From the NCBI GenBank assembly GCA_002633005.1, contig NMRA01001030.1:20818-67712 (forward strand): 46,895 nucleotides of DNA. Direction: 5' to 3'. Both the position numbers and the translations under genes were made by a program. Source of the DNA: Phoronis australis (taxonomy: Eukaryota; Animalia; Phoronida). Below, piece after piece: positions 11,901 through 24,300 of this stretch. Within the stretch, counting starts at the first letter, position 1. Each line of letters opens with the position of its first letter. The notes under the pieces are model-generated. The model did not search any database. It was not told the DNA's origin and saw only the letters and a program-made list of their open reading frames with translations.

Positions 11901-14900
11901 CACAGGGCCGTACACAGGGCCGTACACAGGGCCGTACACAGGGCCGTACACAGGGCTGTACACAGGGCTGTACACAGGGCTGTACACAGGGCTGTACACA
12001 GGGCTGTACACAGGGCTGTACACAGGGCTGTACACAGGGCTGTACACAGGGCTGTACACAGAGCTGTACACAGGGCTGTAGACAGACCACATACATATGT
12101 GGGTTCATAAACATAGATTGGCACGTACAACACATGGACTAACCAGAACCATGAACTACACTTGAGGCTAGTGATATGTGACAGCAAATGGTCTGTCTCT
12201 TGAAATGTAAATGAGATCGCCAGTGAAAGATCAGAAGCAGACAACCCTGCCAATACTGCTGACCTTCGACAATCTTTTGAACTGTATGTAGGTAACAAAA
12301 GATCTTGCCAATACTATTTTGACAACTAACACTCTTCTGAACCATTTCCCTAAATGACCTCACTCTGGAGGTGGAAATCATTTTATGTTACAGTAGTGGT
12401 GTAGAAATGTCTAAGGCACAATTTCACTTAACATGACTAACTGATCGATAGAAAAATACCAATTTATAGGCGACTGGCAGAAAATAACACATTTATGTAG
12501 TGGTGTAGAGCTAACTGAAGTGTCAACTTCATAGGAAACTCTTGAAAATTGCTTTTAGTTCACGGGTTGTTGGGCCACATCCAGTGTTTTGTTTCTGACA
12601 AATTTGACTGTAATAACGAAACATTGCATGTGGCAATGGAATGTTACTGATCTCCGATTTCTGACTCTTGACGTCTGCACTTATGAGGGACCTAACCACT
12701 TCTAGCTTGCCTGGACAAGTCGGTTGAATCAAAAATTTGTAGCCTGAGCTGTAGCAAAATGAGGCGCTAATAGTGTAAAATTTGTCAAACTTGTCACCTT
12801 TAAGATTGCTTCTGCTGCCATCCTGACTACAGGCCAGGCCTGTGGTTGTACTCTGCAGTGTCGCCATGGCAACTATCTTTCTCTTGTGGTTGCACAGATT
12901 TGTCAAGTCCTCGTTACATCTGACCTCGTCCAGTGACCATGACTTTGACTGTACAGATGGGTCAAAGTTGAAGACGCGGTCCACAACGAGTGGACATTCC
13001 AGACCACATTTGCATGTACCTTCTGTCTGTAGGTACTGACGTACCTGGGTACCAGATACAAGCCGTGTCCCACTTGGACTGCAATAGAAACACAGTTACG
13101 TTATCGAACAGTGCATACACAGTTACGTTATCGAACAGTGCATACACACATATCCAGTTGAACACAACCAAAATTTTTCAATTTTGTCTACAACAATTTT
13201 CGGGAGCATGTCATTAACTAGAAGGAGCCAAGAAGTATATAGAGAAATTCAGGTGCTTGCTGTTAGCTGGTTGGATGTATAGAACATGTCTTGTTGCCTT
13301 GAACTATGAAAGTAGGACCTAACCACCCCGACTGCCACAAAACACAAATGTTCCTCTTCTAAAACTACATGTCTGTTGGTCCTTATGTTATCCCCAAAGG
13401 TTTCAGCTTTGCAGTATTTACAATTTTCCACACATTTGTGTAAACTGAAATGTTAAATTTAAGATTGCACAGTATTTGCACCATGTAACACTGTCTACAA
13501 TCATCAGACATTGTAATACATTGTAATACATTGTAATACATTGTAATACATACAAACAATTATTGTGTCCCAACATAACTAGAGCACCTTCAAACAAGTT
13601 CATTTTGCTGTCTACAAAAAATTGTCAAATTTTTTGAAATACCTCGACAATGTACTGGGGCTGTTAAATCCTTAGTGCTTAAACTGTTAACAGAACTTTA
13701 TTGAAAATGTTGATAAAAACAGATGATCATTTAGCAGGAACAAAAATGGATCAAATTGCAATTAAGTATTAATATTTGTTTCTGCAACAAATGTAGAAGG
13801 AATGAATGGGAATGTGGGACACTATACACTGTTGTGAGGATGTGCGACAATATACACTGTTGTGAAAAAATTCAAAACATTATTCAGGTAAAACCCTTCA
13901 TTATTATACCATCAAAGAGGGTTCTGTGCAAACATTGTTTAATTCACTTTATTAGAGTGTTACTGATGCTGGCATAAATAGTTAAGATCTAGTTTTGAAA
14001 GTTATTTTCCCCTATGGACGTTTACTATTAACTGATGAAAATTTGTCTTCAATGGCTTTGCCTTCATAAGCCAAGCAGTAATACATCGCACGTGGACGCT
14101 AAAAGCGTAGATAGGCTGATGACTCAGCTATATGACAACAGGTGGTCTTGTGCTCTTGTGCAAACGAATGATGGATGTAACAATAAGTGACTCATTATTG
14201 TTCAATTTAAAGTTGATACTTGCTTATTTGTGAAAACATGAAATAGAAATGTCATAAAAAGTAGTGCAGCAAAAAATATCCCAAAAATTCCCCTCTAAGT
14301 AAAAAACAACATGAGAATTTCCATTTTAGTTCAAAAATGCAGCAAAAATTCCCGCATTAGAAGGCACAGGCACCTGGAGGGCGCTGGATAAGATTTCCAA
14401 ACATGGTACACCGTCATGCTCAAAGACATGTAAGGAGACCATTGGAGAGACTAGTCTTGCTCCAGAAGGTAAAAGTTATCCCCATTAGACCCACTCAGTT
14501 CCACTGGTTTCTACACTAATCTCTCCGACAGTTGTTCAGGTTTAATCCCCTTCATATGATCATTTCTTCAACTGATAACGGGCAACATTCCCAGGAACCA
14601 CAAATTTGCCAAAACGACGCAATTTGGTAATATGAACGGAGCCTGAAGAACATTGAGAAATCAAGACAAAAAACAGACAATAACATCCCTACTTTGCACC
14701 TGCACTAAATCACGCAATTATTCTCAATAATCCATTACCTGTAATAAATCACAGAATTATCCTCAATAATCCTCTGCCAACCAAAAGGCACCGTGGCAAA
14801 GGGCGGGCTGTTCACCATGGCAACGGGTTGGCTGTTCATGTTCGCCATGGCAACGGGTTGGCTGTTCATGTTCACAGTGCCAAAGGGTAGGCTGTTCATG

Positions 14901-15826
14901 CTAGCAATACGTTCCGCACAGTTTGTAACAAGCGAGTCAGCAGGTATTGGTGCAGAGGTGACTTGCACAGGTTTTGACGACAGCAACGCTGTCAGGTGTG
15001 TTGGATTTGTGGGACCAAACAAGGGCTTCACTTGCATAGGGGGACGGCCGTTACAGCTGCTGGACTCAGTCAACGAGGCGCTTTGTGAATGTCCCACAGT
15101 GGGTGGTAGTGTCAATTGAGATGACGATGACAGAGGTGATGATGGCAGTGATGATGATGATGAGGGTGTAGATACTAAGGCTACGGATGACGACAATGTG
15201 TAGGAAGGCTGCTTGTAATACAAGGATGATTGAGATAGTGCAGGCGGGGTTTCACTGCAATCATGATTTTTAGAGTCAGACATATTATCCCGGTGTGATG
15301 ACTGAACACTGTTGGTGACATTCACACTAAAGTTGTTATTAACACTGTACACTTCCACAGTCTCACTCGATGTTAATGTCCCACAACTATCCTTCATTTT
15401 CCGACTGCAGCGTGGTGAAAGCGTGCCAGCTGCAGACTTGCTGTGGTTAACACAGACAGACTTTGACATGCACAAGTCTGAATCACTACGCGAACGGCCA
15501 CGACTAGCACCTAACTGAGATTCAACATTCGCTACTCCTCCTAACTGATAACTTCCGTGTAGTGACACAACTGTCTCTGAACTGAGAGAATGGCGAACTT
15601 TGACCTTTGAACTAGTGTCACTGCACCCACAACCAACTATAGGTCCATTGCTGATCCATTCCGTACAGTGGGAAGGTGACTGATGACAATCATGCATTGT
15701 TGACTGATGAAGCTCGCCATTAACAAGGAGAGATGTTCTATGTGCTGTCGACTTGCACATATCAACTGATTCCAATTTGTCACGTGATCCATCACTCATT
15801 GACAGATCGTCGAGATGTTCATCCAT
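5854..15826 (-). CDS. MBD5: MBD5/6-like methyl-CpG-binding-domain + PWWP protein, spliced gene (coding exons 15826-14739, 13078-12798, 11664-7921 then gap, 7387-7251, 6945-6833, 5962-5854)
   Basis: Split [20 protein letters not shown]|[41 protein letters not shown], plus [32 protein letters not shown] and C-terminal [15 protein letters not shown] match the MBD5 family as I recall it. GT-AG junction phases are consistent, except across the N at 7920. Confidence 0.9.
6022..6247. repeat. ~18-bp degenerate minisatellite (tactttagtaaaatggac)
   Basis: About 12 copies with a higher-order repeat of about 91 bp. Confidence 0.85.
6833..6945 (-). CDS. MBD5: MBD5-like PWWP exon 2
   Basis: ctctttcag acceptor; [37 protein letters not shown]; AA|GTAAG donor. 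Confidence 0.85.
7251..7387 (-). CDS. MBD5: MBD5-like PWWP exon 1
   Basis: tatttttgcag acceptor; [45 protein letters not shown]; AAG|GTACT donor. Confidence 0.85.
7710..7919. repeat. 24-bp minisatellite (tgaagtcactattgtactgtataa) abutting N join
   Basis: About 9 near-perfect copies. Confidence 0.95.
7921..11664 (-). CDS. MBD5: MBD5-like giant low-complexity exon (Q/P/S/M-rich, basic NLS-like [12 protein letters not shown]); 3' end lost in N join; contains 713-bp artefactual duplication
   Basis: Acceptor ttgtcgttgtag in phase with the previous exon ([13 protein letters not shown]...ELLAQRD); 1227-aa ORF stays open to the N at 7920. Confidence 0.8.
11875..12080. repeat. 12-bp minisatellite (tacacagggctg)
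   Basis: About 17 copies. Confidence 0.95.
12798..13078 (-). CDS. MBD5: MBD5-like exon: remainder of MBD and conserved LCNHKRK segment
   Basis: Acceptor tttctattgcag; reads (S)[42 protein letters not shown]...SNLK; donor G|GTGAC. Confidence 0.9.
14739..15826 (-). CDS. MBD5: MBD5-like first coding exon: long Ser-rich N-terminus and start of MBD
   Basis: 363-aa ORF ending [17 protein letters not shown]; donor AG|GTAAT at 14739/14738; acceptor tttcttttcag upstream (exon starts 15856, ATG 15826). Confidence 0.85.
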
Positions 15827-16738
15827 AGTGAAACAGACGTGGCTGATGTGGGAAGACTGAAAAGAAATATGAAATGAATTAGAGGCTCAAACAATAAAGT
15901 GTGCAAAACACAGAATAAAATTTCCTCAAAAAACACTTAGTTTGCACATGTACAAAATCTCTAATTTGAAACATGTACAATAGTAAAATGTACAATGTGT
16001 CATAATGGCCAAATCACAATAAAAAATGAAGGTTGTCCTATAACTTTGAAAGTTATGTCATTTTAAAGTGTACTAGTATTCTAGGTTTGTATTCTAAAAT
16101 ATTTTTGCACAAGAACCACTGAAAAAAAATTATGGCCTGATGCACCACATATATACACTACAGCTTGTGGTCGCAACCCACTTTTATCTTCCAAAAAATT
16201 AATGTAGCATTTATTAAATCATAAATTACCTAATTAACGTGAAGAAGCATGTCATGGTAACGCAAAATACTATTATCGTGCTGATCAAGCTGTACGATGA
16301 TGCAACGCATAAATTAACATAAATTAACACAGTATAATGATTACTTTTTTCTCTTGTAATATGATTCTCAATAAAATGAAACAACAGGCAAGTGCTTGTT
16401 CAAAAACTTTATTGTTACTTTTCATCTAGTTGTTAAAAGAATCACAAGTTGATTTAAACAGTTTAAGCTATGTTAGGTCCAGTCATAACCTTGTTATCAA
16501 TAAGAAAATCCCGTGTGGTACCGGGGGGACTACGTACTTAGTACATGCTTCATCTTCCAACTTAAAGGTTACTTACACTCTGGTGATATTTTCAATGTTA
16601 TTATTTGGTCTTTTAAAGTTTTGAACATTCTCTGGACAGTGATTTTATGTACACTAGACATATCGAAGCCATTACAAAGAAGTCCTTGGGTAAATGTTCA
16701 ATTACCTTTAGTGTACTACAATAGTTTACCTTAAGAAT

Positions 16739-17489
16739 ATATGACGACAATGACTTAGACATATGATTTTGGTATCGTTCGATTCCTCGCAATGATATCT
16801 TTCCAAACATACACAGAAATTTCTCTTACCCCGTTCCCTTAGTATTTTATCGTGAAATTTCTGCTCTCACTATTTCCTGGTACGCGGTAGTAATGCTGCC
16901 ATGTTGAATGAAAGGAGTCACCTGGCGGTCAAAAACTGAACTAGTCTACCGACTTTCAGATCGTCGCTTTTCATAAGTTCAAATTGACCGAGACCCTTCA
17001 ATTCCTTGCCCGAGTTACGGAACCAAGGGTTCGAATTCGATCCTATGGTGACCCTGATATATGCATCTGCTAGCAAGAATCCGCCAAAAAAGCGGAGGTT
17101 GTTATTGAGGTCCAAATTTGTGAAAAGAGTATCACTTCAGACAATTTCGTGGAAAGATGGTCAAATGGTCACAATTCTAAAAATGTGGAAAAGGTAAAAT
17201 GCTTCTACTTGTTCATCCATGTTACGTCAGGAAAACTTTAGCAGGAATCTTGCGCGGGCACACACCATTCAGAATCAATGATGCTGTTTCATTTATTAGC
17301 AATAGGTGTCGCTGTAATCTTGAGTTGAGCTAACATGGCGGTGTCCACCGGGAAATAGTGTAAACTGAAATTCGATGATAAAATATGGAGGAAATGCGGT
17401 AGGGGATCATTTCATATATTTTTGGAAAGATCATGGCGCGAGGAATCGAACGATACCAACATCATATGTCTAAGTCAGTGTTGTCATAT
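16739..17489. mobile_element. MITE-like element with long imperfect TIRs (about 110 bp)
   Basis: atatgacgacaatgacttagacatatgattttggtatcgttcgattcctcgc at the left is mirrored at 17437-17489; TSD not resolved. Confidence 0.75.
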
Positions 17490-18118
17490 TGTAAACAATT
17501 ACCAGGAATTATTATTCATATATGAGTCCACGGTGTCTTCCACCATTTTGAATTAATTTAATGCAGTACAGTAAACAATCCAATAATCGTGCCAAAAGGT
17601 TCCAATTATATGTCATTCCCAACGTTGTCACAAACAAGTTTTTCTTCCTGAGAACTTAGTTTGTATGCTTAATTTTGGAGAGCATCGTAAAATGTCATTG
17701 TTGGCTGTTATAAAGCAGTAATATGAAAGGTTGGCCACATTTTGAATAAATCCATGTCTTTCTCCTATAGTGCAAACATAAAAATTAAATCAAACGAACT
17801 ATTCATTTGCCTTGACCCAGCTGACAGTCATGCAAGACTAAATTGACAGGTCAGCCGAATCTGTTGCAATTGTGGAATGACAAATAGGCAACTATCTCAG
17901 CAACTTAGCTTCAGATATCGTGCATCTGTAGTTACACTGGAAAAGCATAAGTGAATTCTAACAACAGGTCAGAGTCATTGACGTTTTCCACGGTGTTTTG
18001 GGGTAAGTTTGCAGGACGAGAAAAATAGATAGGCGATACCAAACCACCTTTTGTCATCCAGTTTTTGACGCGTTTTCAAAAACAACATATACGAGAAATA
18101 GATCACAGCCTATAGTAC

Positions 18119-18287
18119 CTGACATTTGCCAACTTGTCACGTTTCCATTAAATTTGTTCTTGTTTTGATGCGAAGGAAATCACATATTCCGTCACATTCG
18201 CTACCGCACAAACTCTAGAAAATGGCTGTCAGTCCCACAATGCATCAGAAACTCTCGCGAACGGTAAGAGAATGTTCGTGATCAGAC
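18119..18287. promoter_or_regulatory. Putative bidirectional promoter MBD5-like/AARSD1 with candidate non-coding first exon of MBD5-like
   Basis: ZNF143/Staf-like TCCCACAATGCATC at about 18233-18246; TCTCGCGA at 18253-18260; minus-strand donor CAG|GTACT at 18119/18118; AARSD1 ATG at 18288. Confidence 0.55.
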
Positions 18288-18326
18288 ATGGCGCTAGCAT
18301 GTCAAAAGAATTCCTATCTGAAAGAG
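18288..18326 (+). CDS. AARSD1: AARSD1 exon 1 (MALACQKNSYLKE)
   Basis: ATG in gacATGG context; GAG|GTATGA donor; resembles the AARSD1 N-terminus. Confidence 0.85.
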
Positions 18327-21300
18327 GTATGATTAGCGGTGTATATGGTTTTCTAGTGGAATGTTGTAGTTGCACACAAAGTCATGCATATTTAACGAAT
18401 AGTTAACAATACCGAGAAGCGTTTTCCTTTTGTTAGACGCGAGTGACTTATTAACGGTGTTGGAAAAATTGGCATTGTGCTTTGAGTGTGATCTTTTGCG
18501 TCGGCTTTCGCGCGTCACCTATTGGCCAGTTTCTTTTCCCACGATTACATCAACTGTTCTTCTCTTCCACGAGGTTGCGTACATGTCACAACATATTATC
18601 GGAACTGGTTTCATTTTTTTAAAGTTTTTATTATTTTAATACCAGCAAACCGAATTTCAGAACAAATTTTGCTGCTGCCTTAGCCTTACTTAGTTGTCAT
18701 CGCAGCGCTGGAGTTGCAGGTTGCTTTGCGACCTCAGGTTGTGTTTGGCGACCTGGGAAAAATCCAAATCGCCACGAGGCCGCCACTGCAAGTATCAAAG
18801 TCAGACAATATTTCTCTCTAAATTCGTTTCAAAGTTTGTGTTCACTTCCAAATTTTACTAATATTGTTCCTAGATTTATTTACCTTTGATTCACTTAATT
18901 GTTCCATTTATTTTGTGAATGGAATGCATTTGACACCATGTTGAAATCACAGGCGTCCTCACCTTGTGATCGTCCCCACTCTACATAATACTACAAGGTA
19001 TGACACTTAGGACTATAGAAATTCTATGGATGCTTCACAATTCAGATGTCCATAGCAATTAACCAAACAGAGGTTCACCAAACCATGAGGAATTTTTCTT
19101 TCTCCCAATGCCATTTACGGTGTCCTGCTCCACCGAGTTCACAAGAAATTTGCGGTCAAAGCACAAAAATCTTAATTCCTAAAAAGGTCGTCTGGAGCAA
19201 CTCCTTGGTCTCAGGCGCAGGGTACGGAATTATCCGATGAGTTACGGATGTTGACTGACTCGTAAACAAAAGCAAACGACAACCAAACTTATCACAACCG
19301 ATGACTGACTCGACAGCTCTCATAGTCAGACTATATGAAAAGAAATTGGCGCGAAATTCTTGCCTCCCGAAACGTCACTTCCGGAGTAGAGAATGAATAA
19401 TTAATTAAATTAAGAAAAGCTGTAATTAAGTTAATATGTCTGGGATAACCAACGAACCTTATTTTTGCTAAAAATGACATGAAAAAAGGTTGCCTTCACC
19501 TTTAAGGGTCATTATGAAAACTGGCATGTGTTCCTACCATGTCTCCTTAACCCATTGCAAGAGCTTTTTGAAATTTGACAAGTGTTTTCAATTGGATCAG
19601 ACCATTGCTGTACTTCGTAGCGACAATTTTAGTAGTTTACCTCTGTATCCAGTATTCTTTGACATATTTTCAGGAAAATTTACATGATTGGTTTCTATTC
19701 AGATGGATTCATCATATTCTGCACCACCTAGTGGCCATTTTCATAACTCTTTCCTAGACAATTTTAAAGGCCACTTCACCTGGACTCAACCTCAGCAAAA
19801 TTTCTCATATGATTTTCCTGTCGAGGACTGACCGTCAAAATAAAAAAGGCAACTTTCAATTTTATTGTTTACAGTTCAGGTCAAAGGTCGTCTCCTGTGA
19901 ACCAGCATCCATTAAACAAGTTTCCAATGGTAAGAAGGCCACACTGAATGGGTTTAATGTCATCTTGGAAGATACCATTCTATTCCCGGAGGGGGGTGGG
20001 CAACCTGACGACAGGGGAAAGGTAATTGTGTGTTTGAATTTACAATTTCACTCTTGTGACTTGATGAAATAAAATTTCTTGAAGTATGTTGCATTGTCAT
20101 AAAATTTGTTCGATTTGTTTTGTTTTTGTTTGTTTTTTGTTCTAGTGCTACAGATCGCAATTCTTATCATATCAATGCGAAGTTTACTCTCAACATGTCT
20201 TTCGTGAATGGCTCGAAGCCTATTTTTTGTATGAAATTCTTATAAAAGATGGCNCCACCGAGTTCGCAAGAAATTTGCGGTCAAAGTACAAAAATCTGCC
20301 CAAAAAGGTCGTCTGGAGCAACTCCTTGGTCTCAGGCGCAGGGTACGGAATTATCCGATGACTGACTCGTAAACAAAAGCAAACGACAACCAAACTTATC
20401 ACAACCGAGGTATATCAATGACCGACTCGACAGCTCTCATAGTCAGACTATATGAAAAGAAATTGGCACAAAATTCTTACCTTTCGAAACGTCACTTCCG
20501 GAGTAGAGAACAAATAATTAATTAAATGAAGAAAAGCTGTAATTAAGTTAATATGTCTGGGATAACCAACGAACCTTATTTTTGCTAAAAATGACATGAA
20601 AAAGGTTGCCTTCACCTTTAAGGGTCATTATGAAAACTGGCATGTTCCTACCATGTCTCCTTAACTCATTGCAAGAGCTTTTTGAAATTTGACAAGTGTT
20701 TTCAATTGGATCAGACCACTGCTGTACTTGGTAACGACAATTTTAGTAGTTTACCTCTGTATCCAGTGTTCTTTGACAGATTTTCAGGAAAATTTGCATG
20801 ATTGGTTTCTATTCAGATGGATTCGTCATATTCTGCACCACCTAGTGGCCGTTTTCATAACTCTTTCCTAGACAATTTTAAAGGCCACTTCACCTGGACT
20901 CAACCTCAACAAAATTTCTTATATGATTTTCCTGTCGAGGACTGACTGTCAAAATAAAAAAGGCAACATTCAATTTTATTGTTTACAGTTCAGGTCAAAG
21001 GTCGTCTCCTGTGAACCAGCATCCATTAAACAAGTTTCCAATGGTAAGAAGGCCACACTGAATGGGTTTAATGTCATCTTGGAAGATACCATTCTATTCC
21101 CGGAGGGGGGTGGGCAACCTGACGACAGGGGAAAGGTAATTGTGTGTTTGAATTTACAATTTCACTCTTGTGACTTGATGAAATAAAATTTCTTGAAGTA
21201 TGTTGCATTGTCATAAAATTTGTTCGATTTGTTTTGTTTTTGTTTGTTTTTTGTTCTAGTGCTACAGATCGCAATTCTTATCATATCAATGCGAAGTTTA

Positions 21301-24300
21301 CTCTCAACATGTCTTTCGTGAATGGCTCGAAGCCTATTTTTTGTATGAAATTCTTATAAAAGATGGCACTGTGACAGCTATTTTCTCCTTTTTTGTTTGC
21401 GAACTCGCAACCATAGCTCAGCTTTTTCTGGTGGGATTTTATTTTTCTGATTTTTCTTTCTGTGGATATATCATTCAAATGTCTCATTTGGTGTTCTGTA
21501 GTTCTTGCCATTCTCGAGTGAATAGAGTTTGTCTGCGAACTGGTCTCCAAATAACTGAGTTTTAGTGCCGTATCTTCGGGGTCCCTTGATGGATATATTT
21601 GAAATTTGGTATGTGGAGAGATCTTTTCAATTACAATCATCATTGTGAAGTCCTGTTTCTTGCTACGACTTACCGTTCTTGCGGTATTGTCACGTTTTTC
21701 CCCGTGTGTGGTTGTGCGCAGGTGTTTACCAACCGGTGCTGATAGCTTTCGGTGTGACGAAAGACTAAAGACTTGTTCTAGTTAATTACTTTATTAACCT
21801 CGATCGAATGTTCACAAGCCTACTCAAACAAAACGTTATTGAATCTTGCTGTAACTGGTGATTTCTCTTAACTACAACTCATCTGTAATTCTCTCAACTG
21901 TTTAACTGTTAACTGCTTTACTGACTAATACAAACCCGTGCTTGTGTATTTATAGATTAATGCAATGTTCTAGAACTTTTCACTAATTAAAGCACTTTCT
22001 AGAACTTTCCGGAATCTACCCAATCATTCTACAAACATGTCCTAGTCTCTAGAATATTCTAGACTGCATTAATCACTGTCATGCTAGAGTCTTCTAGAAA
22101 GTTCCACACTATACAGTATACAAATCACACCATCACTGTTGTGAACTGAGGGGTCATGCCAATCAAACAGTTCAACTAAACAAAACATGATGAGCCTCTG
22201 TTTGTGTGAACAGTTTCAGTGTTCTTGTGTTCCTCAAGTGTTCCTGGCTCTTGGTAGCCCAATACATGCGAGGTAACAACCCTTTCAAGGAAGACTAAGT
22301 AATAGGGATACTACAGTTGACATTTAGAAAGAGCAGATGTGTTGATGGTACAGAATAAGTGTATTAAACACATGGAGGTATTCTTGCACTCAATGACCTT
22401 CAAACCAGCTCTCCACTCACTGTCAAGTTTCATTCAATAATAGACAATGTCTTGATGATGTCGTGTCTGAAGTGAGAAATTGAGTTTTGCAAAAATGTTA
22501 CCCCTGACACCTACTGGGAAATAAAAGTGTGAGCACCATCTATTGGCAAGGCAGTGAGTTATGTTCCAATACCATCATGTCTGTATCTCTTCTTAGTTAA
22601 GATATCCCGTCCATGGCAGTTCAGTATTTTGATTGTCATTTTCTCAATTTTCTATGTTTTGAATATCAGATAAATGGAATAGATGTTCTGAGAGTGGAGA
22701 AGTGTGGTCAAGATGTCCGCCACTTTGTGCCGAGCCCATTAGATGCAGACACTGATGTTGACATCAAGCTGGATTGGTTGAGAAGATTTGATCACATGCA
22801 ACAACACTCAGGTAATGCCATCTGTTCACTGTGCATACAAAGTGCATCTGTTGACATGCATACAAACTACCATCCGTTGACATGCATATAAAGTGCCATC
22901 TGATGGTGTGCATACAACGGTCAGGTAGTGCCATCTGTTGACAGTGCATACAAATTACCATCTGTTGATGTGCATACAACACGCAGGTAATGCCATCTGT
23001 TGACAATGCATATAAAGTGCCATCTGGTGACGTGCATACAATAGTCAGGTAGTGCCATCTGTTGAGAGTACATACAAACTTTTGATTTATGATGTATTTT
23101 GCAACAAGTTTGTATCAGATGTACTTCCAAAAGTTATAATAAGATTTACTGAAAAACATAACCTAAATTATGGTTGATTTCAAGAAGGACTGCAAACCTG
23201 AGAATGAGAAATCTTACTTCTATCCTAAAAGAGTTCTAAGCAGAGATAGATATTGATATTTGAGGATTACTAAAAGTAATATTTTTTTTTTTTNNNNNNN
23301 NNNNNNNNNNNNNNNNNNNNNNNNNNNNNNNNNNNNNNNNNNNNNNNNNNNNNNNNNNNTGGATTACCTGTCTGTCATTACTGATGCAAATTGTTATTTA
23401 GTGGGACTCGGACTGGAAATCTGTAGTTGTCTTGGCCTGATAAGAACTGGAAAGCAAGGAACTCCACTTACTTTCAATTGTCATACATGTCCTGCAGGTT
23501 TGAGGTTGACTTTTTCATTGATTTTATTTTATATAGAAATCAATTGAAAAGGTTTTAAAAATCTTTTGTAAAGTAGGTCAAATTGACAAAAATGGCCTCC
23601 AAAAATGTAACATTTCCCCTTTTATTTAACTTTTTAGAATAAAAACTTGGTACCAAGTACTGATTGTAATGTATGACTATTTTCAGGTCAGCATCTGATC
23701 ACTGCTGTCATCAATGAAAAATATGGATATGATACAACGTCATGGTAGGTGTTTGAACACAAAATTGTTTTAACATTTAGTGATATTTGGTCCACTGAAC
23801 TGGAGGTATGGACCACTGAACTGGAGGTATGGACCACTGAACTGGAGGTATGCACTACTTAATTCGAAACATGCACCACTGAACTGGAGGCATGCACCAC
23901 TGAACTGGAGGCATGCACCACTGAACTGGAAGCATGCACCTCTGAACTGGAGGCATGCACCACTGAACTGGAGGCATGCACTACTGAACTGGAGACATGC
24001 ACCACTGAACTGGAGTTATGGACCACCAAACTGGAGGCATGCACCACTGAACTGGAGGCATGCACCACTGAACTGGAGGCATACACCACTGAACTGGAGG
24101 CATGCACCTATGAACTGGAAGCATGCACCTCTGAACTGGAGGCATGCACCACTGAACTGGAGGCATGCACCACTGAACTGGAGACATGGACCACCGAAAT
24201 GGCAGTTGGGGGTTCCTCTTTGTACTTTTGGCACCAATTCAATACATTCCTTCCAAAACTTACCGTATTCGCCGTAATAACCGCGTAGGGCGCTTAGAAA

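Noticed and set aside
11828-12298. ORFs with (ALCT)n, (QPCV)n and (YSPV)n repeats, the last superficially like the Pol II CTD
   Set aside because: Translations of a 12-bp intronic minisatellite; no splice-supported link to a gene.
19130-21367. Apparent tandem duplication of AARSD1 exon 2 (second candidate alternative exon)
   Set aside because: The two ~1.1-kb copies meet at a single N (20254), the exons are identical and the introns are near-identical with small indels. This fits allelic contig overlap, unlike the diverged exon-6 pair.
23780-24277. 165-aa repeat ORF (PLNWRHA)n or CRISPR-like array
   Set aside because: Head-to-tail 21-bp minisatellite in an intron, with no unique spacers and no cas genes; it is open only because the unit lacks stops.
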